NCBI GenBank assembly: GCA_965217035.1
Contig: OZ244226.1
Coordinates: 2,586,146-2,650,145, forward strand
Source: Bacteriovoracaceae bacterium
GTDB taxonomy: Bacteria > Bdellovibrionota > Bacteriovoracia > Bacteriovoracales > Bacteriovoracaceae
Length of the DNA: 64,000 nt
Direction: 5' to 3'
Shown here: positions 19,640-30,063 of the stretch, piece by piece
How positions within the stretch are numbered: position 1 is the first letter of the stretch
Layout of the letters: every line of letters begins with the position of its first letter
Program-made: the position numbers and the translations under genes
The notes under the pieces: generated by a model
What the model was told of the DNA's origin: nothing
What the model saw: the letters and a program-made list of their open reading frames with translations, nothing else
Databases searched by the model: none

Positions 19640-20028
19640 AACCTTCTTTAACTCTTAAAGTCGCTGGTATCTATAACTTAGTTTGGGGTGCCCTTGTTAT
19701 TCTTTTTCCCTTACAGTTTTTTAAGCTTTTTGAGATGGAGGTTCCTCGATATCCTCAAATTTGGCAATGTGTTGGAATGATTGTTGGTGTTTATGGTATC
19801 GGTTATTGGGTTGCCGCTAAGGATCCTAACAGACATTGGCCTATTGTCTTAGTTGGTTTCTTGGGAAAGATTTTTGGTCCAATAGGATTTCTTGAGAATC
19901 TTATTAATGGAAATTTTCCTCTAAGCTTTGGGATTAATATAATTTTTAATGATATCATTTGGTGGTTACCGTTTGGACTATTATTAAAACAAGCTTACGA
20001 GCATGCTCAAGAAAATAAACAAGATTAA
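19636..20028 (+). CDS. Membrane protein
   Basis: AGIYNLVWG, WQCVGMIVGVYG, NDIIWWLPF; ATGA overlap with upstream gene. Confidence 0.75.
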   Translation: MKPSLTLKVAGIYNLVWGALVILFPLQFFKLFEMEVPRYPQIWQCVGMIVGVYGIGYWVAAKDPNRHWPIVLVGFLGKIFGPIGFLENLINGNFPLSFGINIIFNDIIWWLPFGLLLKQAYEHAQENKQD

Positions 20029-21259
20029 AACAAGCTTTTGGGAGCGAAATTTCTCTCTTGCTAAAATATCCTATCAAGTTGGGATTGCTAAGATTCTAGA
20101 ACTTATTTCCAAAAAACCTCAAAACCTCGAACGTATTGAAGTGATATTAAATGAATTTTCTGAATTAAAAGGGAGCTTAATGAAAGCAGGGCAGCTCCTA
20201 ACGGTTTATGGACAGTCTTATATTCCCCCTGAGGGTTTGAAAATTCTTGAGAGACTTCAAGAATCTACGAGCTATGTTGGAGTAGAGGAAATTGAAAAAA
20301 TCATTAATGAGAGTGGTTCAAAAATTCTTAAAGATCATAAGCTGGATGAAATACCTTTCGCTTCAGCTTCTATTGGTCAAGTTCACCTTGCTAAGAAGGG
20401 TGATGATATAAAGGTTGTTAAAGTTCAATATCCAGGTATTGAAAAATCTATAGCAATCGATCTCTTAGTTCTTAAGTCCTTTTTAAAGCTCTTTAAAATA
20501 CTCCCAAAGAAGTTAGAACTTCAAGGAGTTTTTAATGTGATTGAGGAGATGCTTCATCAAGAACTTGATTACACCCTCGAGCAGAAGTCCCAACAGTTCT
20601 TTTATGAAAGCTTTAAAGATCGCTATCATGTTCCCAGGGTTCTTGAGAGTTTTTCAAATTCGAAAGTTCTTGTTAGCGAGTACACTCCTGGAATTCGTAT
20701 ACAAGATACCATGCAGTTCTCTCAAGAAGAAAGAAATCAGCTTGGAGAAGACTTTATCGATTTAGCGTTAACTGAAATTTTTCATTTACAAAAAATTCAA
20801 TCTGATCCTAATCCTGCTAACTTTAAAATTGATCCTAAAACTAAAAAATGGATCCTCTATGACTTTGGAGCTTGCCAGAATATCCCAAAACCAAAGGTGG
20901 CAGATTACAAAGTCATGCTTCAAGGACTTTTAGAGAATAATGGAATAAAGATTTTAGATGCTTTTTGCCGATTAGATGCTATGGAACCAAACGACCCTCC
21001 TGAGTATAAAGAGGCTGTTCTTGAATATACTGAAGTGCTTTCTCAAGTTTTTGAAGGAGATTCTTTTGATTGGGCCAAAAATAACTTAGAGGCTGAACTT
21101 TTGGAAAAAGGAAAAAAGCTACTCTTTCTTTATCCTCATAAAACACCTCCCTATCAGACGGTATTCATTGATCGAAAACTGTCGGGAGTCTTTTTCATTC
21201 TACGAATGTTGAAATCAAAGACTCTGACACGAAAAATAGTTGAAAAATATGTTTATTAG
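20003..21259 (+). CDS. ABC1/UbiB-family atypical kinase
   Basis: KGSLMKAGQ, ASASIGQVH, VKVQYPG, QSDPNPANF, YDFG. Confidence 0.9.
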   Translation: MLKKINKIKTSFWERNFSLAKISYQVGIAKILELISKKPQNLERIEVILNEFSELKGSLMKAGQLLTVYGQSYIPPEGLKILERLQESTSYVGVEEIEKIINESGSKILKDHKLDEIPFASASIGQVHLAKKGDDIKVVKVQYPGIEKSIAIDLLVLKSFLKLFKILPKKLELQGVFNVIEEMLHQELDYTLEQKSQQFFYESFKDRYHVPRVLESFSNSKVLVSEYTPGIRIQDTMQFSQEERNQLGEDFIDLALTEIFHLQKIQSDPNPANFKIDPKTKKWILYDFGACQNIPKPKVADYKVMLQGLLENNGIKILDAFCRLDAMEPNDPPEYKEAVLEYTEVLSQVFEGDSFDWAKNNLEAELLEKGKKLLFLYPHKTPPYQTVFIDRKLSGVFFILRMLKSKTLTRKIVEKYVY

Positions 21260-22134
21260 GGCGTGTCTTCAAAGTTAGAAGGGTCTGAGAAAATGTAAGG
21301 CCTTTTAAGGTCATTTATCTTGGCCATTGATCATAATTCTACTTTCATAGATCTATGAAAACAACAGAACGATTATTTTTAACAAACACTATGTGGAAAA
21401 AAATAGAACCTCTTTTACCAGCTGAACGTGGTCGCTGCGCTCGTCCCTCAAAATGTAACCGAACAATGCTTGAAGGAATGATTTGGAAGCTTAGAGTCGG
21501 TTGTCCCTGGAGAGATCTCCCTGTTGAGTTTGGTCCTTGGCAATCAGTTTACACTCGTTTTAATCGTTGGTCAGAATCAGGAATCTTCCAAGAAGTTTTT
21601 GTTCTGATTAAAGACAAGTTAACAAAGCAAAACGTTGCCTTGGATTCAAGTATTGTTCGAGCTCATCAACATGCTCATGGTGCTCGAAAAAAAATGGTGA
21701 TCAGAAGATAGGAAAAAGCTCAGGTGGTCCCACAACAAAGATTCACCTTTTAACAGACAGCTACGGTAATCCGGAGATCATTAAATTAAGTCCAGGCAAT
21801 ATTCATGACATTGATACCGCGTATGAATTTATTGAAGAGTTACCCGATCAAGTCGAGCAACTTCTTGCTGATAAAGGTTATGATGCAGATTTGTTCAGAA
21901 AGTCACTCGAAGCGAGAGGAGTAAGTCCTGTTATTCCAGGAAGAAGAAGTCGAAAGAAGGAGATTGTTTACGACAAGGAACTTTATAGAGACAGACATGT
22001 TGTCGAGAATTCTTTTTGTAACTTAAAGCAATTTAGGTCGATTGCAATGAGATTTGAAAAGCTTGCTCGAAACTATATGACCATGGTTTTACTGGGAGCG
22101 ATTCTTATGTGGAGTAAACTTTGAAAACACGCCC
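21259..22134 (+). mobile_element. IS5-family insertion sequence, copy 2 (appears identical to 3723-4598)
   Basis: Same TIRs, same 876-bp length, identical ORF translations, TA duplication. Confidence 0.95.
21355..22124 (+). CDS. IS5-family transposase (-1 frameshift)
   Basis: Same translation as 3819-4588. Confidence 0.92.
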
Positions 22135-22919
22135 TAGAAACCAAATGAAATTTTTGCAGAAATCTTAGAAGTATCAAAGAGTCTTCCGTACTCAAGCCCA
22201 AGATTTAAAAAGAGTAAGTCAACATTGGCTCCAAGAATAAAATGCGTAGAAGTTTCATCGGCACTTGCGGAAGTTGCACTCGTGAAAGCACCATCAAAAA
22301 TAGAAGCACTTGCAGAGAGAGTTCCGTCTCCTTTTACAGCACCTAAACCAATATAAGGTTCTACAATGATAAAACTTTTACTTAAATAAACATAGAGTCC
22401 AGAAGTATCTGAATCATACTCAGCATTAGCAGGAACATTTGAAACTTCCGTTGTAAATTTCATATTAGTATCAGAAAGAACATATTTGAACCCAAGAGTT
22501 ATTGGCCAATTGAGAAACATTGAGGAATCCCAGGCAATGGCTATACTCCTTGTATCAAGTTCAAAGTCATCAACATCAATACCGGGAATCATTGTCAATT
22601 CACCCGTAAAACCAAGAGGAACTGAAACTCTTAGCGTGAGTCCAGCGTGAGGAATTGAATCAACTGATTCTGTTCCAGGGTCGACAGCTTGAGCAATGTC
22701 ATTTAATTTATCAGAAGTTGTTGTTCCAAGGATCAATCCCACTTCAAAACCAAAAATCGCTCCAAGAGAAGCTGCACTACTGACAGAAGTATGATGAAAG
22801 TTTGCTGAAAAATCCTGAACAATACTTTCGAGATCTTGTTGATCAATATTCTCGAGAGGAATAGTTTGAGAATAAGCAAAGTTAGTTGATAGAGCGAAAA
22901 TTGCGATCAGCCGAAACAT
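22134..22919 (-). CDS. Outer-membrane beta-barrel protein
   Basis: MFRLIAIFALSTNFAYS leader, alternating beta strands, C-terminal KISFGF. Confidence 0.75.
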   Translation of the reverse strand: MFRLIAIFALSTNFAYSQTIPLENIDQQDLESIVQDFSANFHHTSVSSAASLGAIFGFEVGLILGTTTSDKLNDIAQAVDPGTESVDSIPHAGLTLRVSVPLGFTGELTMIPGIDVDDFELDTRSIAIAWDSSMFLNWPITLGFKYVLSDTNMKFTTEVSNVPANAEYDSDTSGLYVYLSKSFIIVEPYIGLGAVKGDGTLSASASIFDGAFTSATSASADETSTHFILGANVDLLFLNLGLEYGRLFDTSKISAKISFGF

Positions 22920-22993
22920 ATTCTTTCCTTGAAAAAGTTTTCTTTGATTATGCTCGAGATCGAGAAAGAGTTCAATTAATGGAGTGTTTGGAT

Positions 22994-25900
22994 CTAGTAA
23001 TCCCAACCAAATAAAATTGTTTCATCTTCAATAGCTGCCCCAACCGTTGTGTTAGGCTCATACCAAACACCCATTCTATCTGCTGATTCAAAAGTTGTTC
23101 CAGCGGGAACATTTGTTAGTCTAAAATGATAGAGAGCTTCAGTCGCAGTTCCTGTTTTGGAAAGAGTGATATTGGTTGGGGCCATACCTGGCTCAGTTAC
23201 TGTTACGACAGCTGGTTTATCCGAGACAAATTTAACCCATTCTGCAACGACGTTGATAGCATAATTTTTTCTCATCATAGAACGTGGGAGAAAAGGAGCT
23301 GACTGGCATCCATCGGAGTCAGCTCGACTGTGAGCAGAGATAGGATCATCTGCGATAACTCTTAAAGCACGACCGGAATATTGAGTTCCTGTACCGGCAA
23401 TAGTGTTAAGCGCTGTATTTGTAAAACTTCCTGCAGTCGGAGCGTTAGCATCGGAATACCATCTTTGATAATTTGTAGGGGCTCCTGCCACAGAAAAGTA
23501 AGCAGCGTTTGAAGGAACTCCAATGAGGTCTTTTCTTGCTGGAAGAAGCGGGTAGGAATCAATAAAAGCGCCGGAATAAACATAAGCAGCTATAATTCCT
23601 GTACTTATCACCTCGTATTGGTCATTAGGTGCAATAACAAAAGTATGATTGGTATCAGCTGCAATCGATTGTGAATCAAAAAGAGCACCATCTCGATAAA
23701 TCTCAACAGTCGTAGCTTCAAAAGCTCGAACAATTAAATTGTGTGGTCCATTTCTTGTTCCATCAAAAATAAAATTTTTCCCGGCCCAATCTTTAATACT
23801 CCAAACGATATTACCGGAGCCGCCGCAACCTGCTGTACTTCCAGCTCGACCAGCAACATAAAACTCTGCTGATCCTTCTATGACATCATTTTGTGCACTT
23901 ACAAAATTATGAGTTTGACCTTTATCAAGATCTGAAACAATCACAACTCCATTGAGTTTTATTTCATTATTGTCAACGAGTGAAACAATGGTACTATCTA
24001 TGGCCCCACCAAGATTGAAAGCTTTAAGTCCATCAAAGAAAGGGTTGTCTGGTAGAGTTTCTGCGGTTGCAATATTAGAGTCTGTTGAACCACTTCCATT
24101 TGTTGCTTTAACTCTAAAGTCGTATTCTGTCGAAGCTGTAAGACCTGTGACAAAAAGATTTCTGTCAGTGTTGATTCCGTCGTTAAAAACAGTCCATGAT
24201 CCAGCAGGACTTTCTCGAAACTCTACAACGTAGTCAGTAATAGGTGATCCATTATCGTTTGGCTCTGTCCAGGAAAGTTCAACTTGGTTGCTATCGGCTT
24301 GTCCAACGGCAAGGTCGGTGATGGCATCAGGCGGAAGTACGTATGTCCAACTAGGGCTCACTGAAATTGCAGACTCAAGCCCTGCAGTATCAACAGTTTT
24401 AACGAGTGAGTAATAAGTCGTTCCAAGTGTTAAGGTTAACCCTGTTAATTGTGCAGTTCTTGCAGTTCCTGTATTCGTCCAACCTCCTCCAGGGATAATA
24501 CCGGCCTCGGAAGCTGTTGTACTAACGGCCATTTCAAAGTGGTCAATAGCGCAGTTATCTGAAACAAAATCCCAGTAAATATTCGAACTTTCAGTTGCAT
24601 TATGATCATTAAAGACAAAAGAAATAGGAGGTGCACCAGGAACAGTATTATCGTATTGAAAACCTGTCATAAGATTCACATTATTAGAAGTATTACCTGA
24701 TGAGTCTACCGCTCTTACGGTAGGGTAATAGGTAACCGAACATTCAGTAAGAGAAAGTGAATTAAAATCGTGTGAAGAAAGAGCATCAGCATCTTCGAAA
24801 GCAACGATATTAGTCGCGCCAACTGAAGTTCCTAAGGCAAGTTCAGCATGATCAAAGTCCGCATCTCCAGGATTAGTCCATGTGATAAGAGGTGAGTCCG
24901 GACTTGCGCCCGTTACCCAAGTAATACCTCCAAGACTTAGTCCTGTCGGATCACCAGGTGGGGTAATATCGTTGATGGCGATTGCTGTGTTTTCACAATC
25001 CGAAGTAAGCCCTCCGCTTGAAGCTCTTAAATAAATCATTTCCGGAGTATCGTAATCCATTCCTGAGAAAGTTGCGACACCAGTCACCGCAGAAATTGAG
25101 TTTGAGTTGAGTGTTCCTCCTGCAGCAACGGTACAAGTTCCATTTGTAAAAGCATCAATTGTCACTGTCGCAGTAGAAGGGACAAGATTTTCAAAGGTAT
25201 CTCTGATTTCAACGATAGGTTGAATTGCAAAGTCTGTATCTTCATTATAAGGAGATCCTGGATAAGTTGTGAAAACAACTTTCGCTGCTGCACCTGGTGA
25301 GACATTAATAGCAACAGGTTGGCAATCAACTGTTAAGACTCCACTTGAAGCTCTTAGGTAGATCGTTTCTGCAATATTATAATCCATTCCCGAAAATGTT
25401 GCGATTCCAGCAACTGCAGCAATCGAATTTGAATTAAGTGTTCCTCCAGCAGCAAGAGTACAAGTACTATTTGTAAAAGCTGAAAGATTAACTGTGCCTG
25501 TTGAGCTTACAGTATTGTCAAAAGCATCTCGAATTTCTACAACGGGTTGAACTGGAAAATCAATTCCCGCTACTGCAGCGGCTCCTGGATAACTTGTAAA
25601 TGTTACTTTTGAAGCTATATTCGGTGAGACATTAATAGCGACAGCTTCACAATCAACATTAAGAGCTCCACTTGAGGCCCTGAGATAAATTGTTTCGGCA
25701 GCTGTATAATCAACTCCAGTGAAAGTTGCGACACCAGCAACAGCAGAGATTGAATTCGAATTTAAAGTTCCTGATCCAACGATAGTACAAGTGCTATTTG
25801 TATAGGCATCTAAAGAAACAGTTGCAGTTAAGCTGACGAGGTTGTCAAAAGCATCTCGAATTTCAACAACGGGTTGAACTGCAAAGTCAACACCTGCGAC

Positions 25901-28393
25901 AGCAGCGGCTCCTGGATAAGTTGTAAAAGAAACTTTCGAAGCTGATCCAGGTGAAACATTAATAGCAACAGCTTCACAATCTGAAGTGAGTGCTCCACTT
26001 GAAGCTTCAAGATAGATTATTTCTGCCTTTGTATAATCCATACCTGAAAATGTTGCAGTCCCTGAGACAGCAGCAATAGAGTTTGAATTCAAAGTTCCAC
26101 TTGCAGCTGTTGAACAAGTGCTATCTGTAAAAGCATTAATTGTAACTGTATCAGTTGAGGTTGTAAGATTATCAAGTCCATCTCGAATTTGAACAATCGG
26201 TTGAGTTCCAAAATCGATACCAGCTGAGGCTGTCGTTCCTGGGTAGCTTGTGAAAATGACTTTTGCAGGAGCTGCTGGTCCTACATTGATAGCAATTGGT
26301 TCGCAATCACTTGTAAGAGCTCCGCTTGAGGCCCTCAAGTAAATAGTTGCGACTTGATTATAATTAACCTCGCTAAATGTTGCGACACCAGCTACTGCAG
26401 AAATCGAACTTGATGCTAAAACACCTGGAGCAGCAACAGTACAAGTCGAGTTTGTGAAGGCTGCTAAGTTTATTGTATCAGTTGAATTAACGACGTTATC
26501 AAAGATGTCTCGAATTTCAACAATAGGTTGAGTTGGAAAATTAGATCCGGCATCAGCTGAACTTCCTGGATAAGTAGAAAAAGCGACTTTAATTGCACCA
26601 GCAGTTGAGACATTAATAGCGACTGGTTCACAATCAGCTGTTAAAGCTCCACTTGAAGCTCTTAAATAAATTGTCTCTGCTTGAGTATAATCAACTCCAG
26701 AAAAGGTTGCGGTTCCAGAAACAGCGGCAATAGAGTTTGAGTTTAAAGTTCCACTAGCAGAAAGAGTACAGGTACTATTTGTAAAAGCTGATAGAGAAAT
26801 AGTCGCTGTTGAAGTTGTTAGGTTATTAAAGGCATCTTTGATTCGAACAATTGGTTGAACTGCGAAGTCGTTACCTGCAACGGCTGAGTTTCCTGGATAT
26901 GTCGTGAATTCCACAACGCTATCAGCTCCGGGGGCAACATTTATGGCAACGGCTTCACAATCTGAGGTTAAACCAGAACTTGAGGCTTGAAGGTAGATTG
27001 TTTCTGCCACGGTATAATTCATTCCTGAAAAAGTCGCAATACCAGAAGATGCTGTTTGAGTTGTGTTACTCAACACTCCAGAAGCTGGAGTCGAACAAGA
27101 ACTATCTGTAAAAGCTGTGATTGTGACGGAGTTTGATGCAGTTGTTACTACAGAACTTGTAACATCTTGAACTTGAACAATAGGTTGAGTCGAAAAATTT
27201 ATCCCTGCATTAGCGGCAGTTCCAGGGTAAGTTGAAAACACAATCTTAGTTGGAGGGAGTAATTGAACAAGAACAGGGTCTGAACAAGCTGATGTGAGTC
27301 CAGGAGCAGAGGCCCTGATATAAATACTTCCGAGAGAATTATAATCGAGACCTAAAAAACTCGCGATACCTGTAGTCGCTGCCAAGGTATTTGAACTTAA
27401 TATTCCTCCTGCAGGAGTTGTACAAGAACTATCTGTAAAAGGTAAAAGGGTGATTGTATCTGTCGCATTAAGAACTGTTCCATTCAAGGAGTCTTGAACT
27501 GCTACGATTGGTTGAGTTGCGAAATCAATATTTCTTGTATTTGGAGTCGAAGGTTGAGTTGTAAAAGCGAGCTTTATTGGATTTCCATAAGGCTGCAAAG
27601 TAATTCCAGTTGTATTAGGAGGTGTAAATCGAAATGAAGAGCCGTTTCCAAAACTATCGTTGATACTTCCTCCGTTAAGATCAAGCGATGAGCTTAAAAC
27701 AATTCCATCATTATCATCATTTCCAGGATTTACAATAAGCTGGAATGTTAGTGTCGAAGTTCCACTTCCTGAAAGATAATTTGCATAGGCTGTTCCTGAA
27801 TTGATAGAAATTGGAATACGAGGAAGTCCAGAAACATTCACGTTCTCATCGAAGTTTGCCACGAAGTTTAATTGATCACCTACGATATAAAGTCCATCGG
27901 CAGGTTTTGATACACTCAAAAGGTTAGGACTAATAGAATCAACAAGAACACTGGCTCCGCTTGGTGGGGTAAAAGTTAAAGTAAAGTCAGTATCAAGGAT
28001 ATCTTTAAAGCTTCCGCCATTTAAATCAAGCGGACTGGAAAGAACAATTCCATCAAGATCTAATAAGCCACTTGTAACGGTGTAGGTAAAGTTATGAGAG
28101 TAAGCATCTGTGCTACCGGAGTAAATCGCAGTGAAATTACTTCCACTGATATCGAAGTTGATGAAAGGTGATCCAGTGATTAAAGCTCTTTTTAAGGTTT
28201 TAACAGTAAAGGTCATTGCTTGAGAGGTTCGATAATTTCCAGGAGTCACGATAACAGAATCAATCACGGCTTCGAATTGTGCTTCTTCGTTATCATCAAT
28301 AGTGATTGTGTCTTCTGGAGTAAAAGCAGTATCGCCTCCGGCCGTACAGCCGAGAATGATCAGTAAGAATAAATGTGTTATTACCTTAATCAA
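22994..28393 (-). CDS. Large surface lipoprotein / adhesin with tandem Ig-like repeats and FN3 domains
   Basis: Lipobox ILGC; two DGIVLSS-LDLNGGS units; eight ~110-aa repeats; FN3 (LSWTEPNDNGSPITDY...GLTASTEYDFRV). Confidence 0.85.
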   Translation of the reverse strand: MIKVITHLFLLIILGCTAGGDTAFTPEDTITIDDNEEAQFEAVIDSVIVTPGNYRTSQAMTFTVKTLKRALITGSPFINFDISGSNFTAIYSGSTDAYSHNFTYTVTSGLLDLDGIVLSSPLDLNGGSFKDILDTDFTLTFTPPSGASVLVDSISPNLLSVSKPADGLYIVGDQLNFVANFDENVNVSGLPRIPISINSGTAYANYLSGSGTSTLTFQLIVNPGNDDNDGIVLSSSLDLNGGSINDSFGNGSSFRFTPPNTTGITLQPYGNPIKLAFTTQPSTPNTRNIDFATQPIVAVQDSLNGTVLNATDTITLLPFTDSSCTTPAGGILSSNTLAATTGIASFLGLDYNSLGSIYIRASAPGLTSACSDPVLVQLLPPTKIVFSTYPGTAANAGINFSTQPIVQVQDVTSSVVTTASNSVTITAFTDSSCSTPASGVLSNTTQTASSGIATFSGMNYTVAETIYLQASSSGLTSDCEAVAINVAPGADSVVEFTTYPGNSAVAGNDFAVQPIVRIKDAFNNLTTSTATISLSAFTNSTCTLSASGTLNSNSIAAVSGTATFSGVDYTQAETIYLRASSGALTADCEPVAINVSTAGAIKVAFSTYPGSSADAGSNFPTQPIVEIRDIFDNVVNSTDTINLAAFTNSTCTVAAPGVLASSSISAVAGVATFSEVNYNQVATIYLRASSGALTSDCEPIAINVGPAAPAKVIFTSYPGTTASAGIDFGTQPIVQIRDGLDNLTTSTDTVTINAFTDSTCSTAASGTLNSNSIAAVSGTATFSGMDYTKAEIIYLEASSGALTSDCEAVAINVSPGSASKVSFTTYPGAAAVAGVDFAVQPVVEIRDAFDNLVSLTATVSLDAYTNSTCTIVGSGTLNSNSISAVAGVATFTGVDYTAAETIYLRASSGALNVDCEAVAINVSPNIASKVTFTSYPGAAAVAGIDFPVQPVVEIRDAFDNTVSSTGTVNLSAFTNSTCTLAAGGTLNSNSIAAVAGIATFSGMDYNIAETIYLRASSGVLTVDCQPVAINVSPGAAAKVVFTTYPGSPYNEDTDFAIQPIVEIRDTFENLVPSTATVTIDAFTNGTCTVAAGGTLNSNSISAVTGVATFSGMDYDTPEMIYLRASSGGLTSDCENTAIAINDITPPGDPTGLSLGGITWVTGASPDSPLITWTNPGDADFDHAELALGTSVGATNIVAFEDADALSSHDFNSLSLTECSVTYYPTVRAVDSSGNTSNNVNLMTGFQYDNTVPGAPPISFVFNDHNATESSNIYWDFVSDNCAIDHFEMAVSTTASEAGIIPGGGWTNTGTARTAQLTGLTLTLGTTYYSLVKTVDTAGLESAISVSPSWTYVLPPDAITDLAVGQADSNQVELSWTEPNDNGSPITDYVVEFRESPAGSWTVFNDGINTDRNLFVTGLTASTEYDFRVKATNGSGSTDSNIATAETLPDNPFFDGLKAFNLGGAIDSTIVSLVDNNEIKLNGVVIVSDLDKGQTHNFVSAQNDVIEGSAEFYVAGRAGSTAGCGGSGNIVWSIKDWAGKNFIFDGTRNGPHNLIVRAFEATTVEIYRDGALFDSQSIAADTNHTFVIAPNDQYEVISTGIIAAYVYSGAFIDSYPLLPARKDLIGVPSNAAYFSVAGAPTNYQRWYSDANAPTAGSFTNTALNTIAGTGTQYSGRALRVIADDPISAHSRADSDGCQSAPFLPRSMMRKNYAINVVAEWVKFVSDKPAVVTVTEPGMAPTNITLSKTGTATEALYHFRLTNVPAGTTFESADRMGVWYEPNTTVGAAIEDETILFGWDY
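24975..27580 (-). repeat. Eight ~330-bp intragenic tandem repeats
   Basis: KxxFTTYPG...QPIVEIRD...FTNSTC...ATFSGxDY...YLRASSGALTxDCE x8; boundaries approximate. Confidence 0.88.
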
Positions 28394-28417
28394 ACCTTAA
28401 CCTTACCCCTCTATATA

Positions 28418-28446
28418 TTGTCGGCTTTTGACTGAATTACTCTTAG
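28418..28446 (-). promoter_or_regulatory. Possible sigma28 (FliA) promoter of the large lipoprotein gene
   Basis: CTAAG-N16-GCCGACAA; spacing longer than canonical. Confidence 0.35.
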
Positions 28447-28760
28447 TATTTTAAAGAATTTGTTAAGATTTTTACTGGAACCTCTTTGAGGTTTAATAAT
28501 TTCGAGAAGTTAAGCCGATTAAGGGAGAGAAATGATTTTTAAGTTAAGGTTAAGTTGCCAACTTTAGTTCTCACATAAGACCTGATCAAAAACAATCAAC
28601 TAGTAGTTGAAAATCTTAGAAACTAGTTCATCAATAGGGCTAAGCTTAGTGAGTTGTCTAAGTTAAGTTAGACTCTTCTTTTAATCGTCCAGGTCTCGTT
28701 AAGGCTATGAGCCTAAAATAAATGCTAAAGAATCTTTATAATTTTATGAAAGGAGAAAAA

Positions 28761-29093
28761 ATAACACTCATAAGTATTGTTAATGCTTTAAAAATTCTTG
28801 TATTGGCTTCGGTTTTATTTGTTTGGGTCGTTCGGTACCAAAATATTGTTGAAGAATTTAAAACTTATAGTCTTCCTGTTTGGCTTAGAGATCTTGTCGG
28901 TATTTTAAAAATTTCTTTTGTCCTTATGATGTTCAACACCGATCCAAATGTTGTCTAAATTGGAGCCGTTGGAATTATTGTCTTGATGATTGCTGCTTTT
29001 ATAACCCATTTAAAAGTGAAGAACCACACTTTTAAGATGCTTCCCTCATTGGCATTGATGGGGGTTAGTTTTGTAATCTTTCTAGGCTCTTAA
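28761..29093 (+). pseudogene. DoxX-like membrane protein, inactivated
   Basis: AGGAG followed by ATA instead of ATG; in-frame TAA at 28956-28958, frame resumes IGAVGIIVLMIAAFITHLKVKN...MLPSL. Confidence 0.75.
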
Positions 29094-29289
29094 AAGGTGC
29101 CAGTAGATCTGGCTACCTTTGTGAAATATTGGGAACTTCTAAAATAGACGAAAGTTAAAGTCCTTGCAGATTCTTTCGCCATCTTAAAATTATCGACTTT
29201 TCATTGAGGGCGTTTGTAAAAAATATATGCGGACATATAAACGCCGCACTTTTGCGGCAATAATCTTGAAACAAAGTTAAATTAGGTCT

Positions 29290-30063
29290 ATGTTGTCGCT
29301 CATGAACAACTCTTTAGATTTTAAAACTATTTTATCAACAGAGCTTGCATCAAGAACTAAGCGAAATAGCAGCTACAGCATTAGAGCATTCGCAAAAGAT
29401 CTTGGTATTAACGATTCGACACTCTCTCAGCTAATCTCAGGAAAAAGAAAAGCTACCAAAAAAAGAATTCAGATTGTCGGCAAGAAGCTTGGGTTAAGTA
29501 ATTCTAAAATAATTAAATTAATAGAAGGTGAAAACATTCAAATAGACAAAGACGAAACGAAGTTATCACTTCAAAAGTTCAACCTTATGTCTGAATGGTA
29601 TTTTGATGCAATTATTGAAATTGTGAAAATAAAGCCGAATGCGACAGCTAAAGAAATATCGAAGGATCTAAAAATCACTCAAGCCCAGGCTAAAACTGCA
29701 CTGAAGCAACTTTTAGATCTGGAGGTAATAGAAAGTGATGAGGATGGTTTTGTTTGCAATCAACCAAAAAGTCTAACCGCTTTTTATGATAGCTCTTTTA
29801 CGAATGAAGCTCTGAAAGAGTATCAAAATCAGATCTTAAAGCTTTCTCAGAGAGCATTAAAAAATGACTCAAGAGAGGAGCGAAACCATACATCCCATGT
29901 TATTTCGGTATCCACAAAGAAAATTCCCGAAGTCGTGAGAAGAATACAAAAATTTCAACATGAACTAGCAAATTATATTGAAGATAATCATAACGAAAAA
30001 GATGAAGTAATCGCGATGCAGTTTTCACTTTTCAAACTATCAAATTTAGGAGAATCAAAATGA
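29290..30063 (+). CDS. TIGR02147/DUF4423-like HTH regulator
   Basis: RNSSYSIRAFAKDLGI..STLSQLISGKR, MSEWYFDAI, REERNHTS, QFSLFKL. Confidence 0.8.
   Translation: MLSLMNNSLDFKTILSTELASRTKRNSSYSIRAFAKDLGINDSTLSQLISGKRKATKKRIQIVGKKLGLSNSKIIKLIEGENIQIDKDETKLSLQKFNLMSEWYFDAIIEIVKIKPNATAKEISKDLKITQAQAKTALKQLLDLEVIESDEDGFVCNQPKSLTAFYDSSFTNEALKEYQNQILKLSQRALKNDSREERNHTSHVISVSTKKIPEVVRRIQKFQHELANYIEDNHNEKDEVIAMQFSLFKLSNLGESK

Noticed and set aside
23362..26010. Short alternative-frame ORFs inside the large lipoprotein gene, and similar ones in the TonB operon
   Set aside because: Shadow ORFs of well-supported genes with no motifs or RBS.
24975..27580. Diversity-generating retroelement template/variable repeats
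   Set aside because: Ordinary in-frame domain repeats with no adenine-specific pattern; no reverse transcriptase in the window.
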